NCBI GenBank assembly: GCA_963719505.1
Contig: CAVRCF010000001.1
Span: forward strand, 576,001 to 640,000
From: Halobacteriovoraceae bacterium
GTDB lineage: Bacteria > Bdellovibrionota > Bacteriovoracia > Bacteriovoracales > Bacteriovoracaceae
Length of the DNA: 64,000 nt
Reading direction: 5' to 3'
Shown in pieces: positions 1 to 13,055 of this stretch. The notes beneath the pieces were generated by a model. That model had not been told where the DNA came from. It was given only the letters and a program-made list of their open reading frames with translations, and did not search any database. The translations under genes and the position numbers were made by a program. Within the stretch, counting starts at the first letter, position 1; every line of letters begins with the position of its first letter.

Positions 1-1064
1 AAGAAATTAAAGACCTTCTTTCCTACTTAAAAGTTGTCGTCAATGATAAAGACTCACTGGCCCTGTCTCGTGTTATCAATACACCTGTGCGGGGAATTGG
101 TCCTAGGACATTAAGAAAGATTGAAGATGAAGCCCTAAAGAATGACCTCTCACTTTGGGAGATGATTGAAAAGATCGTTCTTTCTCCCGATGATTATAAA
201 TACTTAAAACTAACGGCAAAGGTAAAGGCCGGAATTGCTAACTTTGTCTCTTTGGTTCAAGAAGTAAAAGAATTAGAAAAAACTCAAGAGTTACCATCAA
301 ATTGCTATGAAAAGCTTTTAATGGAATCAGGATATTATGAAAATCTAGTCGCAGAAAAAAGTTATGAGTCTCAAGCCAGACTAGAAAATCTTGATGAACT
401 TTTATCAGCAATAAGACAATTTGAAGAAACATTTGCAAAGCCTACACTTCTAGATTTTCTTGAAACAATTACCTTAGACACTTCTACTGATGAGGAGCAA
501 AGCCGTGAGGTTTCCATGATGACAATTCACGGTGCTAAAGGGCTTGAATACTCTTATGTCTTTGTGTGTGGAGCTGAAGAGAACGTCTTTCCATCCTTTC
601 AAAGTGTTGAAAACGGTGACGAAGCAATTGAAGAAGAGAGAAGGCTCTTTTATGTTGCTATGACTAGAGCAATGAAAAAGCTCTACATTCTTTTTGCCCA
701 AGGCAGAATGCTATGGGGAAGTATTAAGTTTAATGGGCCCAGTCGATTTCTTGATGAAATACCAGAAGATTATTATAAATGGATAAATATTGGTGGAAGT
801 AAAAATAGACTTCCGACTAAAAACTTTGAGGATTTCTCACAACAGGACTCCTCAAGAGATGAAATTAGTGTGACCTATGCTTCTAAGCCTCAGATAAAAA
901 GGCGATTTGAAGTTGGTACTAATGTGAAACATAAACTATACGGAGTTGGGAAAGTTTTAGAGTGTGAAGGTCTAGGTCAAGATGAAAAAATAGTTATTCT
1001 TTTCCCAGAAGGGACGCGAAAAAAATTTCTTGTTAAATTTGCTCCACTTGAGGCCGTAAAATGA
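1..1064 (+). CDS. pcrA: UvrD/PcrA-family SF1 DNA helicase, C-terminal part (5' end outside window)
   Basis: Frame open from base 3 (EIKDLLSYL...RVINTPVRGIG); motifs MTIHGAKGLEY, EEERRLFYVAMTRA, PSRFLDEIP; C-terminal Tudor-like VKHKLYGVG. Confidence 0.93.
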   Translation, partial: EIKDLLSYLKVVVNDKDSLALSRVINTPVRGIGPRTLRKIEDEALKNDLSLWEMIEKIVLSPDDYKYLKLTAKVKAGIANFVSLVQEVKELEKTQELPSNCYEKLLMESGYYENLVAEKSYESQARLENLDELLSAIRQFEETFAKPTLLDFLETITLDTSTDEEQSREVSMMTIHGAKGLEYSYVFVCGAEENVFPSFQSVENGDEAIEEERRLFYVAMTRAMKKLYILFAQGRMLWGSIKFNGPSRFLDEIPEDYYKWINIGGSKNRLPTKNFEDFSQQDSSRDEISVTYASKPQIKRRFEVGTNVKHKLYGVGKVLECEGLGQDEKIVILFPEGTRKKFLVKFAPLEAVK

Positions 1065-2101
1065 TCCCTGTTAAACCGATAGATTTTATTGATGGAAAAC
1101 TCGTTTTGCTAGATCAAAGACTTCTTCCGCACGAAGAGGTTTATGTTGAGTGCAATTCCTTAGAAGATGGCTTCGTTGCGATAGAACAGATGGTGGTCAG
1201 AGGGGCTCCTTGTATCGGCTTCGCTGGTATTTTTAGTTTAGCTCTTTGGTGTCATACGAATAAGTTTGATTTAAAAGAATTTAAAAAAGCCTGTGATTAT
1301 TTAAAAACCTCAAGACCTACAGCCGTAAATCTCGCTTTTGAAATTGATAACGTTTTTAAATTAATTGAAAAGCATTCACATGATGAGAGCCCGCAGAAGA
1401 CTATTACTGATTTTGGTTTTTTACAGATAAGGTCATTGGAAGAGAAAAACTCCTTGATGGCCGATGCAGCAATCGCAGAGCTTGACTCGATTTATCCCGG
1501 AAAAAAACTCAATATTTTGACCCATTGTAATACAGGCTTTTTGGCCTGTGGAACTATTGGGACAGCCTTAGGGGTTATTCAGAAACTTGGGGAACAAAAT
1601 AGAATTGAAAATGTTTGGGTTGACGAGACCAGACCTTATTTACAAGGAAGTCGCCTCACTGCTTATGAGTTACAGAAGCTAGGGATACCTTTTAAAGTGG
1701 TGGTCGAGGGATGCTCCAGCTACCTTATGAGGGAAAAGTTAGTCGACGCCATCTTCGTTGGAGCCGATAGGATTGTCCTAAATGGAGACACCGCTAATAA
1801 AGTGGGGACTTCGAGTCTTTCAATTGTAGCAAATCACTATGGTGTTCCTTTTTATGTCGTAGCTCCCTTGAGTTCATTTGATCCTCAAATGGAAACTGGT
1901 GATGAGATTGAAATTGAGTTAAGGCCTGAATTCGAAATTACACAGTTTAAGGATATGAAAATATCTCCTGATGGAACGAGAGCTTTAAACCCAAGCTTTG
2001 ATGTCACCAGCGCAGAAACGATCACGAAAATAATTTGTGAAAAGGGTTGTCTTGCCAAGCCATTTACAAAGTCAATCAAGGAATTATTCTATGAAAATTA
2101 A
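1061..2101 (+). CDS. mtnA: S-methyl-5-thioribose-1-phosphate isomerase
   Basis: LLDQRLLP, MVVRGAP, SRPTAVNL, THCNTG, DETRPYLQGSRLT, GADRI..NGDTANKVGT, NPSFDVT. Confidence 0.95.
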   Translation: MIPVKPIDFIDGKLVLLDQRLLPHEEVYVECNSLEDGFVAIEQMVVRGAPCIGFAGIFSLALWCHTNKFDLKEFKKACDYLKTSRPTAVNLAFEIDNVFKLIEKHSHDESPQKTITDFGFLQIRSLEEKNSLMADAAIAELDSIYPGKKLNILTHCNTGFLACGTIGTALGVIQKLGEQNRIENVWVDETRPYLQGSRLTAYELQKLGIPFKVVVEGCSSYLMREKLVDAIFVGADRIVLNGDTANKVGTSSLSIVANHYGVPFYVVAPLSSFDPQMETGDEIEIELRPEFEITQFKDMKISPDGTRALNPSFDVTSAETITKIICEKGCLAKPFTKSIKELFYEN

Positions 2102-3014
2102 AGGTTCAATTGATATAGGGTCAAATAGTATTCTTCTTCTGATAGGGGAATTTGATAACGGCGAATTTAAAGAGCTTGCCAATGAGTCTACTGTGACAGC
2201 TTTAGGAAGAGACCTGGATAAAACCGGAGTCTTCCACGAGCAAAGCAAGGAAGACTCTATGGAGACTTTAATAAAATACTCAGAAATTGCAAAATTGGTG
2301 GGACTCGAGCCTGAAAAAATAGTGGCAACAGCAACTGAGGCCTCAAGAGTTGCAACAAACTCTTTCGAATTTTTTAATGAAGTAAAAAAGAAAACCGGTA
2401 TCGACGTGAAGATTATTACTCCAGAAGCTGAAGCTCATTTCTCCACATCAGGTATTTGTTTTGACACCACTTTTAATATTAACCCAATTCATATTATGGA
2501 TATCGGGGGAGCTTCAACTGAAGTTATTAGGTTTGATCATAAGAAAAATGAAATTTTGCACGACTTTAGTATCCCTTTTGGTGCAGTCCGTATGACGAAC
2601 TGGGAAGAGGAAGGAATTTTAGAAGAGAAGTTATCAACTGTCCTTCAAGACTATGCTGAAGATTTGAGTAAAGTGCATTGTCAAAAACTTTTCTGCGTGG
2701 CTGGCACGATGACATCTGCGGCCAATATGCATTTAGGGCATCAGGAATTTCAAGAAAGAGAGATTCATGGGTTGGAGATAACGACAAAAGATATTCGAAG
2801 TCTTGCTGATAAATATAGAAGTTATTCGCCAGAACAGTTTCTTAAAGAGTTTCCTTTTCTTGGAAAAAGAGCAAAATCAATAAACGGTGGTCTTCGCGTT
2901 GCAACTGAGATTTTCGAAAGGCTTGGAGTAGAGAGCGTGGAGATTTCAACTTATGGCTTGAGGTATGGCACAATTCAAGTGGAGGGTATAGATCATGGAT
3001 ATCTTGTTAGATAG
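2091..3014 (+). CDS. Ppx/GppA-family phosphatase (short type)
   Basis: IDIGSNS, ATEASR, EA, MDIGGASTE, AGT and GLRYG motifs; ATG at 2091 overlaps the mtnA 3' end. Confidence 0.88.
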   Translation: MKIKGSIDIGSNSILLLIGEFDNGEFKELANESTVTALGRDLDKTGVFHEQSKEDSMETLIKYSEIAKLVGLEPEKIVATATEASRVATNSFEFFNEVKKKTGIDVKIITPEAEAHFSTSGICFDTTFNINPIHIMDIGGASTEVIRFDHKKNEILHDFSIPFGAVRMTNWEEEGILEEKLSTVLQDYAEDLSKVHCQKLFCVAGTMTSAANMHLGHQEFQEREIHGLEITTKDIRSLADKYRSYSPEQFLKEFPFLGKRAKSINGGLRVATEIFERLGVESVEISTYGLRYGTIQVEGIDHGYLVR

Positions 3015-3444
3015 TGACATTGAAACTTTAGTTTATGAAAAAGATTCTGTTATTTTTAAAGAGGGGGATGCGCCAGAGTCTTTCTATATAGTAGAGACAG
3101 GTAGTGTGAGATGCTTAAAGTGGAATGATAAAAGACTCTCTCCGGTCTTTACTGCCTCTTCTGGGGAAATGGTCGGTGAGGACTGCGTTTTAAGTGATTC
3201 AAATCAATATTTCTATTCTGCAGTTGCTTTGATACAATGTAGGCTTATCAAAATAGATAAAAATGATGTTTTTAAATATCTAAATTCCCAGAGTCCTTGG
3301 GTAAGAATGATCCTTGATAATTTAAGTGAAAAGATTCAGCACACAACAGATGTTATTGCAGAACATAGAATTATAGATGATTCGCTTTTAAAAAATATTG
3401 ACTTCTCCGAAGCTGAAGAAGTCACCTTTAAAAATAAATTATAG
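2995..3444 (+). CDS. Cyclic-nucleotide-binding domain protein (no HTH)
   Basis: IFKEGD..SFYIVETGSV...GEMVGE...SAVA cNMP-fold pattern. Confidence 0.8.
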   Translation: MDILLDSDIETLVYEKDSVIFKEGDAPESFYIVETGSVRCLKWNDKRLSPVFTASSGEMVGEDCVLSDSNQYFYSAVALIQCRLIKIDKNDVFKYLNSQSPWVRMILDNLSEKIQHTTDVIAEHRIIDDSLLKNIDFSEAEEVTFKNKL

Positions 3445-3864
3445 TTGAATCATATTTCGGCGACTAAGTTGAATGGCCGTGGCAAGAATCTTGTCTTGAG
3501 CTTTCTTGCATTCAAGCTTTTTGTGACTGAGGTTCTGATTCATCACTCTAAAAGCTTCCTCAGCATCAACTCTTTCCATTAGATTTAGAGTTTTCCTTTG
3601 AACTTTAGTTGAAGAAAGAAAAAGAGCTAGCCCTATAATCGTAGGATTTATATGCTGGAGGATTCTTCTGGTGACAGAGTCATCTAGTTGAAAAAGATCC
3701 CTAAAAGACAAACTTTGCTCTGAGAGTTCTCGGGCCATACTGGCATTTCTATTTTTAATATTTGATAGCAGTTTTCTTCTTTCTTCTTCATTCATGAATT
3801 GAAGCATATCGATGATTTGCTTTTTACCATTAATAAAGATTCCACCTTCGTTCGTGTTACTCAT
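3439..3864 (-). CDS. Stand-alone FliG C-terminal-domain-like protein
   Basis: GG..NG...IIDML...EERRKLL..I......A.EL....LSFRDL..LDD and AQ.KI pattern match FliG-C; no N or M domains. Confidence 0.7.
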   Translation of the reverse strand: MSNTNEGGIFINGKKQIIDMLQFMNEEERRKLLSNIKNRNASMARELSEQSLSFRDLFQLDDSVTRRILQHINPTIIGLALFLSSTKVQRKTLNLMERVDAEEAFRVMNQNLSHKKLECKKAQDKILATAIQLSRRNMIQL

Positions 3865-3875
3865 CCTTTAGTCCT

Positions 3876-4331
3876 TTAAGCTTCTAGCTTAGTCAATTCA
3901 GCTTCATATTTTTGTCGTGCAGTTTCTAAATGATCTCTGTGATCATCATGGACTTGATCTATTTGATTTTCTTGTGACACTTTTATTTCGTTTACTTTTG
4001 CCTCGTGATTGGCTTTCATCTCGCTAATGATGGACTCATACCTTGCTTCTTCTCTTTTTATTGTCTCTTCATTTTTTCGACGAAGTCTGATTAAGTCTTT
4101 TTCCAGCTTATTTTGTTCGGCTGCTTCTTCATTTTTATAATCTTTACTAAGTTTTACCTCAGTATCTTGATTATTCTCTTTGAGTTTTTCAAGTTCGTTG
4201 GCATGGCCTCTTTTAAGCTTTCTAATCTCATACAAATGACGATTGTTTTCAGCCTCTTGCTGCCTTGTGTGTATTTGTTCTTTAATACCGTCCATTTCTA
4301 CTTCCTTGATTTCTACTGTCTTTACCGACAT
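3876..4331 (-). CDS. Hypothetical coiled-coil protein (start may be the internal MDGIKEQ, which follows AAGGAAG)
   Basis: 151-aa E/K-rich heptad ORF, 11 nt upstream of the FliG-C gene on the same strand. Confidence 0.65.
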   Translation of the reverse strand: MSVKTVEIKEVEMDGIKEQIHTRQQEAENNRHLYEIRKLKRGHANELEKLKENNQDTEVKLSKDYKNEEAAEQNKLEKDLIRLRRKNEETIKREEARYESIISEMKANHEAKVNEIKVSQENQIDQVHDDHRDHLETARQKYEAELTKLEA

Positions 4332-4379
4332 TATTAACTATAATACTTGGAATTGATTAACTGGTTCAAGGAGGCAAAA

Positions 4380-5567
4380 ATGTCAGGAAAGAGTCTAAAT
4401 AGTGGTAAACGCGTGTTTTTAGTAGGAGGGAAGAGAACTCCCTTTGGTAAATTTGGTGGAAGCCTAAAAAATATCACTCCAGTGGACCTAGCAGTTCATG
4501 CTTCAAAAGCTCTTTTGGAGGAATTAAACATTGCTCCCAGTCAAATTGACCATGTTATTTTTGGAAATGTTGCCCCTTCAACTACAGATACAATGTATGC
4601 CGGAAGACATCTGGCCCTAAAACTAGGTATGCCGGAGCAAACGCCTGGTTATGTTGTTAACAGACTTTGTGGATCAGGTATCCAGGTTATTTTGGATGCC
4701 GTCAGACAGATAAAGCTTGAAGAGTCTGAGTGTGTCTTGGCCGCTGGAGCCGAAAATATGTCGATGATGCCACACCTTGTTTATGGAAGTCGATTTGGAA
4801 CTCGCTATGGTGCTTTAGAGACAGTAGATATGCTGCTAGATACTTTGACTGATAAGTTCACCCAAACACCAATGGGGATCACAGCAGAAAACTTAGCTAA
4901 AAGTCATAGTATTACCAGAGAAGACACTGACGTCTATTCCCTAAATGCTCACAAAAAGGCAGCTGCCGCTCAAAAGCATCTTGCAGGTGAAATCGCACCA
5001 ATTATTGAAGGAAGAGTTTCTTGTTCTGAGGATGAGCATATAAGGTTGGATGCAACTCTTGATCAAATGCAGAAATTAAAGCCAAGTTTTCAAAAAGATG
5101 GAACCGTCACTCCTGCAACTGCATCGGGAATAGTCGATGGAGCAAGTTGTGTTATCGTTGCCTCTGAGGACTTTGTGAAAAAGCATGGATTAAAACCCCT
5201 CGCTGAAATTATTGATGGCCATGTTGTTGGAGTCGATCCTAAAATAATGGGAATTGGACCAGTTCCAGCGATTAAAAGTCTCCTAGAAAAAAATAACTTG
5301 TCACTATCTGATATAGATCTGTTTGAAATCAACGAAGCTTTTGCGGCGCAAGTTATAGCCTGTAAGAAAGACTTAGAGATTCCAGATGATAAGTTAAATA
5401 TTTGGGGGGGAGCTGTCGCTATCGGGCATCCACTAGCAGCAACTGGAACACGTATTACAACTACGCTTGCTAGACAGTTAAAAATGAATAATAAAAGCTA
5501 CGGTGTAGCATCTGCCTGCATAGGTGGCGGCCAAGGAATATCAATCTTGTTAAAAGCAGTTGAATGA
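4380..5567 (+). CDS. Acetyl-CoA C-acyltransferase (thiolase)
   Basis: RTPFGKFGG, NRLCGSG, NEAFA, GHPLAATG, CIGGGQG; AAGGAGG RBS before ATG 4380. Confidence 0.95.
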   Translation: MSGKSLNSGKRVFLVGGKRTPFGKFGGSLKNITPVDLAVHASKALLEELNIAPSQIDHVIFGNVAPSTTDTMYAGRHLALKLGMPEQTPGYVVNRLCGSGIQVILDAVRQIKLEESECVLAAGAENMSMMPHLVYGSRFGTRYGALETVDMLLDTLTDKFTQTPMGITAENLAKSHSITREDTDVYSLNAHKKAAAAQKHLAGEIAPIIEGRVSCSEDEHIRLDATLDQMQKLKPSFQKDGTVTPATASGIVDGASCVIVASEDFVKKHGLKPLAEIIDGHVVGVDPKIMGIGPVPAIKSLLEKNNLSLSDIDLFEINEAFAAQVIACKKDLEIPDDKLNIWGGAVAIGHPLAATGTRITTTLARQLKMNNKSYGVASACIGGGQGISILLKAVE

Positions 5568-6868
5568 AAGAAAAGTTAATTCTCACAGAAATAGAGCAAA
5601 ATGAGTTCCAGCTATGGTTGGAACTCAATCTCAATAGTATCTCGTGGGAAGGAAGATATATTGACGATTTTAATTCATTTTGGAAAGGTTTGTTTCCCAG
5701 TGATATTACAGTCGCCGACCAATTCGATAAGCTGAAAAAGTCTATGATGATGTCTAAGTCTGGGCCACTGATATCATGGTTTAGCTGGTTAAAAAATAAA
5801 CTTGTCTGTTATCTTTTTTCAAGGTGTGAACTCACAATCTTAGAAATAAGCCAAGAGTCAAAAATTTCAGTTCGAGAGGTCTCTGTGGTTTTAAGAGACT
5901 TCTTTGTTGAGCGTCACGCTCATTTAGATGAACAGTTAAGTGACTATTTCCAACTCTCGCATGTAACAAGTGAAAAAATACACTTTAAGTTTTCGGACCT
6001 CTCTAAGAAACTTGATCTTGACTCCGTCCAAAGTGGATCCTCTGAAGATGAGATTTTGAGAAATCTCGAAGTCACTCTCTACAAAGACTGGGGTGTTCTC
6101 AACGAGAAGATCTCAATGAAAAACTCAGACTTAGAAGTTGATATTGAAAGAGTCAAAAAGAAAACATCCATGAAGAAGCAAGTTAAGTTTTTGCAGGACT
6201 TGGTTGTGCTTTTCTTGATTGGGGGGTTGTTCATTGCAGCGGTGAAGTTTGGAAATGAATGGTACGAAAAAAAACTAGTCAAAGAGATAACGTTATTTGA
6301 ACCTAACTTTTTTTGGTTGGATAAAGGGATTAACTATCAGGCTCAAGATCCTCTTGATGCAAAGAATATTAAACTCAGTTATAGAGAGTTAGAAGAGCTG
6401 GAGAAGTTGGAGTCAAAGGAAGTTTTTGAAGATAATGAAGAGACTGCACGCTTTGATGTTGAGTCCGACGTTGTTCTCACTTCAGTAAACTCTATTCCTA
6501 AAGATTTTACCTCTGCAGACTTAGAGCAGTCAGCGTATGAGGAAAATCGAAAAGGTGGCTATCGAAACTCTAGGTATGGAGGAAGAAAGGCTTATAGAGT
6601 CATGATGACTTCCGACAGCCCTCAGATCACAAAAGACGAACTTGTCGACTTACTAGAGAGATACGATATTAAACAGGTAGATAATGTGAAGCCCGGAACA
6701 AGCATCCCAGGCGGAATTTACTTTAACCTTCACGTGCCTCAAAAATTTATCAAGGAGTTTCTCTCTCATGTAACATCAGTGAAAGAGTCTAGAATCCTTG
6801 AGAGTCAAACTGTCTTTGGCGGACCAAAAGGCACGAGCAAAGTTTTTATTTGGATAAAACAGATTTAA
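5564..6868 (+). CDS. Hypothetical bitopic membrane protein with possible N-terminal HTH
   Basis: 434-aa ORF with ATGA overlap to the thiolase stop; one TM segment (LVVLFLIGGLFIAAVKFG); LTILEISQESKISVREVSVVLR resembles an HTH. Confidence 0.7.
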   Translation: MKEKLILTEIEQNEFQLWLELNLNSISWEGRYIDDFNSFWKGLFPSDITVADQFDKLKKSMMMSKSGPLISWFSWLKNKLVCYLFSRCELTILEISQESKISVREVSVVLRDFFVERHAHLDEQLSDYFQLSHVTSEKIHFKFSDLSKKLDLDSVQSGSSEDEILRNLEVTLYKDWGVLNEKISMKNSDLEVDIERVKKKTSMKKQVKFLQDLVVLFLIGGLFIAAVKFGNEWYEKKLVKEITLFEPNFFWLDKGINYQAQDPLDAKNIKLSYRELEELEKLESKEVFEDNEETARFDVESDVVLTSVNSIPKDFTSADLEQSAYEENRKGGYRNSRYGGRKAYRVMMTSDSPQITKDELVDLLERYDIKQVDNVKPGTSIPGGIYFNLHVPQKFIKEFLSHVTSVKESRILESQTVFGGPKGTSKVFIWIKQI

Positions 6869-6870
6869 GC

Positions 6871-7395
6871 TTACTCTAAAGTGACACTTATCATTTTATC
6901 ACCTTTTTGAATTTTATTTGCCACATCCAAACCTTCACCTACAAAGCCAAAGACTGTGTACTTATTATCTAGGTGGGGATGAGTTCCAAGAGAGATGTAA
7001 AATTGAGAGTCAGCAGAATTGGGGTCACTTGACCTGGCCATCGCTACAGTTCCAGGAACATGCTTGTTTTTGTTAAACTCTGCCACTATATTTTTACCGC
7101 TTCCCCCAGTTCCGTTACCTTTAGGATCTCCACCTTGGACCACAAATCCTGGGATGACCCTATGAAAGGTTAGCCCATTGTAGAAGCCACTGGTGATTAA
7201 TTCTTTAATTCTGGCCGTTGTATTGGGAGCATCTTTTTTATAAAAATAGAAAACAATATCTCCATGAACAGTTTTAATTCTGGCTTTTGTTGCTGAGGAA
7301 TCACCTTTTGCCGTTGAAGGAGAAGATGATACGGGTTGTTTGTCGTCACAGCCAAAGGAAAATACGAGGAGGGCTGCAAGCATTAAAGTTTTCAT
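6871..7395 (-). CDS. Cyclophilin-type peptidyl-prolyl isomerase, lipoprotein
   Basis: GFYNGLTFHRVIPGFVVQGGDP, GTVAMAR, SQFYI, HLDNKYTVFG; lipobox FSFGC. Confidence 0.93.
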   Translation of the reverse strand: MKTLMLAALLVFSFGCDDKQPVSSSPSTAKGDSSATKARIKTVHGDIVFYFYKKDAPNTTARIKELITSGFYNGLTFHRVIPGFVVQGGDPKGNGTGGSGKNIVAEFNKNKHVPGTVAMARSSDPNSADSQFYISLGTHPHLDNKYTVFGFVGEGLDVANKIQKGDKMISVTLE

Positions 7396-7518
7396 TAGGT
7401 ATCCTTATTTTATAGTCAGTTTTTCCAATTTTTTTATCCCCAAACAGTTTGGGATAAATACCTTTTAAGTGTAGTGGAAAAAAAAATCAAAAAAAGTTTT
7501 TTTTCTTAAAAAATACTA

Positions 7519-7547
7519 TTGACAGCTAAAAAGAACTTAAATACATT
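7519..7547 (+). promoter_or_regulatory. Sigma70-type rrn promoter P1 with upstream A/T tracts (UP-element-like)
   Basis: TTGACA (7519-7524), 17-bp spacer, TACATT (7542-7547); A/T tracts at about 7478-7513. Confidence 0.75.
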
Positions 7548-7582
7548 AGGTCTCCGCAATCAAAAAGATTTGAGAAGTAAAT

Positions 7583-7658
7583 GGGGGTGTAGCTCAGTTG
7601 GGAGAGCATCTGATTTGCATTCAGAGGGTCGCAGGTTCGACTCCTGTCATCTCCACCA
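7583..7658 (+). tRNA. tRNA-Ala(TGC)
   Basis: Cloverleaf GGGGGTG/CATCTCC with G3:U70; anticodon arm TCTGA-TTTGCAT-TCAGA; GGTTCGACTCC T arm; encoded CCA. Confidence 0.97.
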
Positions 7659-7692
7659 TTCTCAAAAAACTTTAAGAAAGCGAAAATAAATG

Positions 7693-7721
7693 TTGCCTTA
7701 AAAATACATAAGTGTTAGAAA
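7693..7721 (+). promoter_or_regulatory. Candidate second rrn promoter (P2) downstream of tRNA-Ala
   Basis: TTGCCT, 17-bp spacer ending TGt, then TAGAAA; same layout as the rpsB promoter candidate. Confidence 0.4.
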
Positions 7722-7738
7722 GACAGCCTTTGAAAAAT

Positions 7739-7750
7739 TGATCTTTGACA
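7739..7750 (+). promoter_or_regulatory. rrn leader boxA antitermination element
   Basis: TGATCTTTGACA; core ATCTTTGACA is repeated in the ITS at 9691-9700. Confidence 0.75.
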
Positions 7751-7943
7751 TTTGAATAATGAAATAAGTTTTGAATCCCTCGGGATTCGAAAATAGACGA
7801 GAAAGAACCAAATTAATAGTTCTAGACAGATGAATTGATATAAAGACTTCGGTTTTTATTCTGTCGGCAACCATTATAATGATGAGTTGTTCTATCAAGC
7901 CACAAAACGAACATGAGTTAATTTATTAAATAATTTAAGTTTT

Positions 7944-9488
<1,545 letters not shown>

Positions 9489-9582
9489 TTAAGGATATAA
9501 ATTATCCAGGTCAATACTATTAAACATTTTGGTTCTTTCTCCTCTCTATTTTCTATATAAATTTAAAAATATCTTTAAGTCT

Positions 9583-9659
9583 GGGTGTATAGCTCAGCTG
9601 GTTAGAGTACGTCCCTGATAAGGACGGGGTCCCAGGTTCAAGTCCTGGTACACCCACCA
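9583..9659 (+). tRNA. tRNA-Ile(GAT)
   Basis: GGGTGTA/TACACCC acceptor stem; anticodon loop CTGATAA; GGTTCAAGTCC T arm; encoded CCA. Confidence 0.97.
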
Positions 9660-9688
9660 TGCTAGAGTGTGGATACGACTTAAAGACA

Positions 9689-9700
9689 TTATCTTTGACA
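9689..9700 (+). promoter_or_regulatory. Spacer boxA
   Basis: TTATCTTTGACA just before the 23S processing stem. Confidence 0.7.
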
Positions 9701-9780
9701 ATTACATAACAGGATCAGATAGAAGACGAGAACATAGTAAATTAACGATACATTTTCGAATGTATCGCCCAAAAAACTAG

Positions 9781-12705
<2,925 letters not shown>

Positions 12706-12837
12706 TTTAATGTTTTTTGGGAATGTTAATTTACTATGTTTGAATCTTTTATCTGATTTTGTTTTGTAATTGCAAAAGCGACGTAGCTGTCGTAAAAGAG
12801 CTAAGTTAAAAATATTGCTTAAATTGTTATACGATTT

Positions 12838-12953
12838 GGGTGTGTTTATAGCGCAGGGGAAACACCTAGTTACATCTCGAACCTAGAAGTTAAGTCCTGT
12901 TGCGGCGAAAGTAGTGCATGGGCGACTGTGTGTGAGGTTAGCAAAATGCACCC
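12838..12953 (+). rRNA. rrf: 5S rRNA
   Basis: GGGTGTG/TGCACCC terminal helix; CGAAC and GAAGTTAAG motifs; about 116 nt. Confidence 0.95.
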
Positions 12954-12983
12954 TTTAATTTTTCTCTTCGGGGAAAGATATAT

Positions 12984-13013
12984 AAAGAGGATCTTCGGAT
13001 CCTCTTTTTTTTT
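12984..13013 (+). terminator. rrn intrinsic terminator
   Basis: AAAGAGGATC-TTCG-GATCCTCTTT followed by a long T run. Confidence 0.9.
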
Positions 13014-13055
13014 GTCTTTTTTGAACTGTCTTTGAAAAAAACCTCCTTAAAACAG

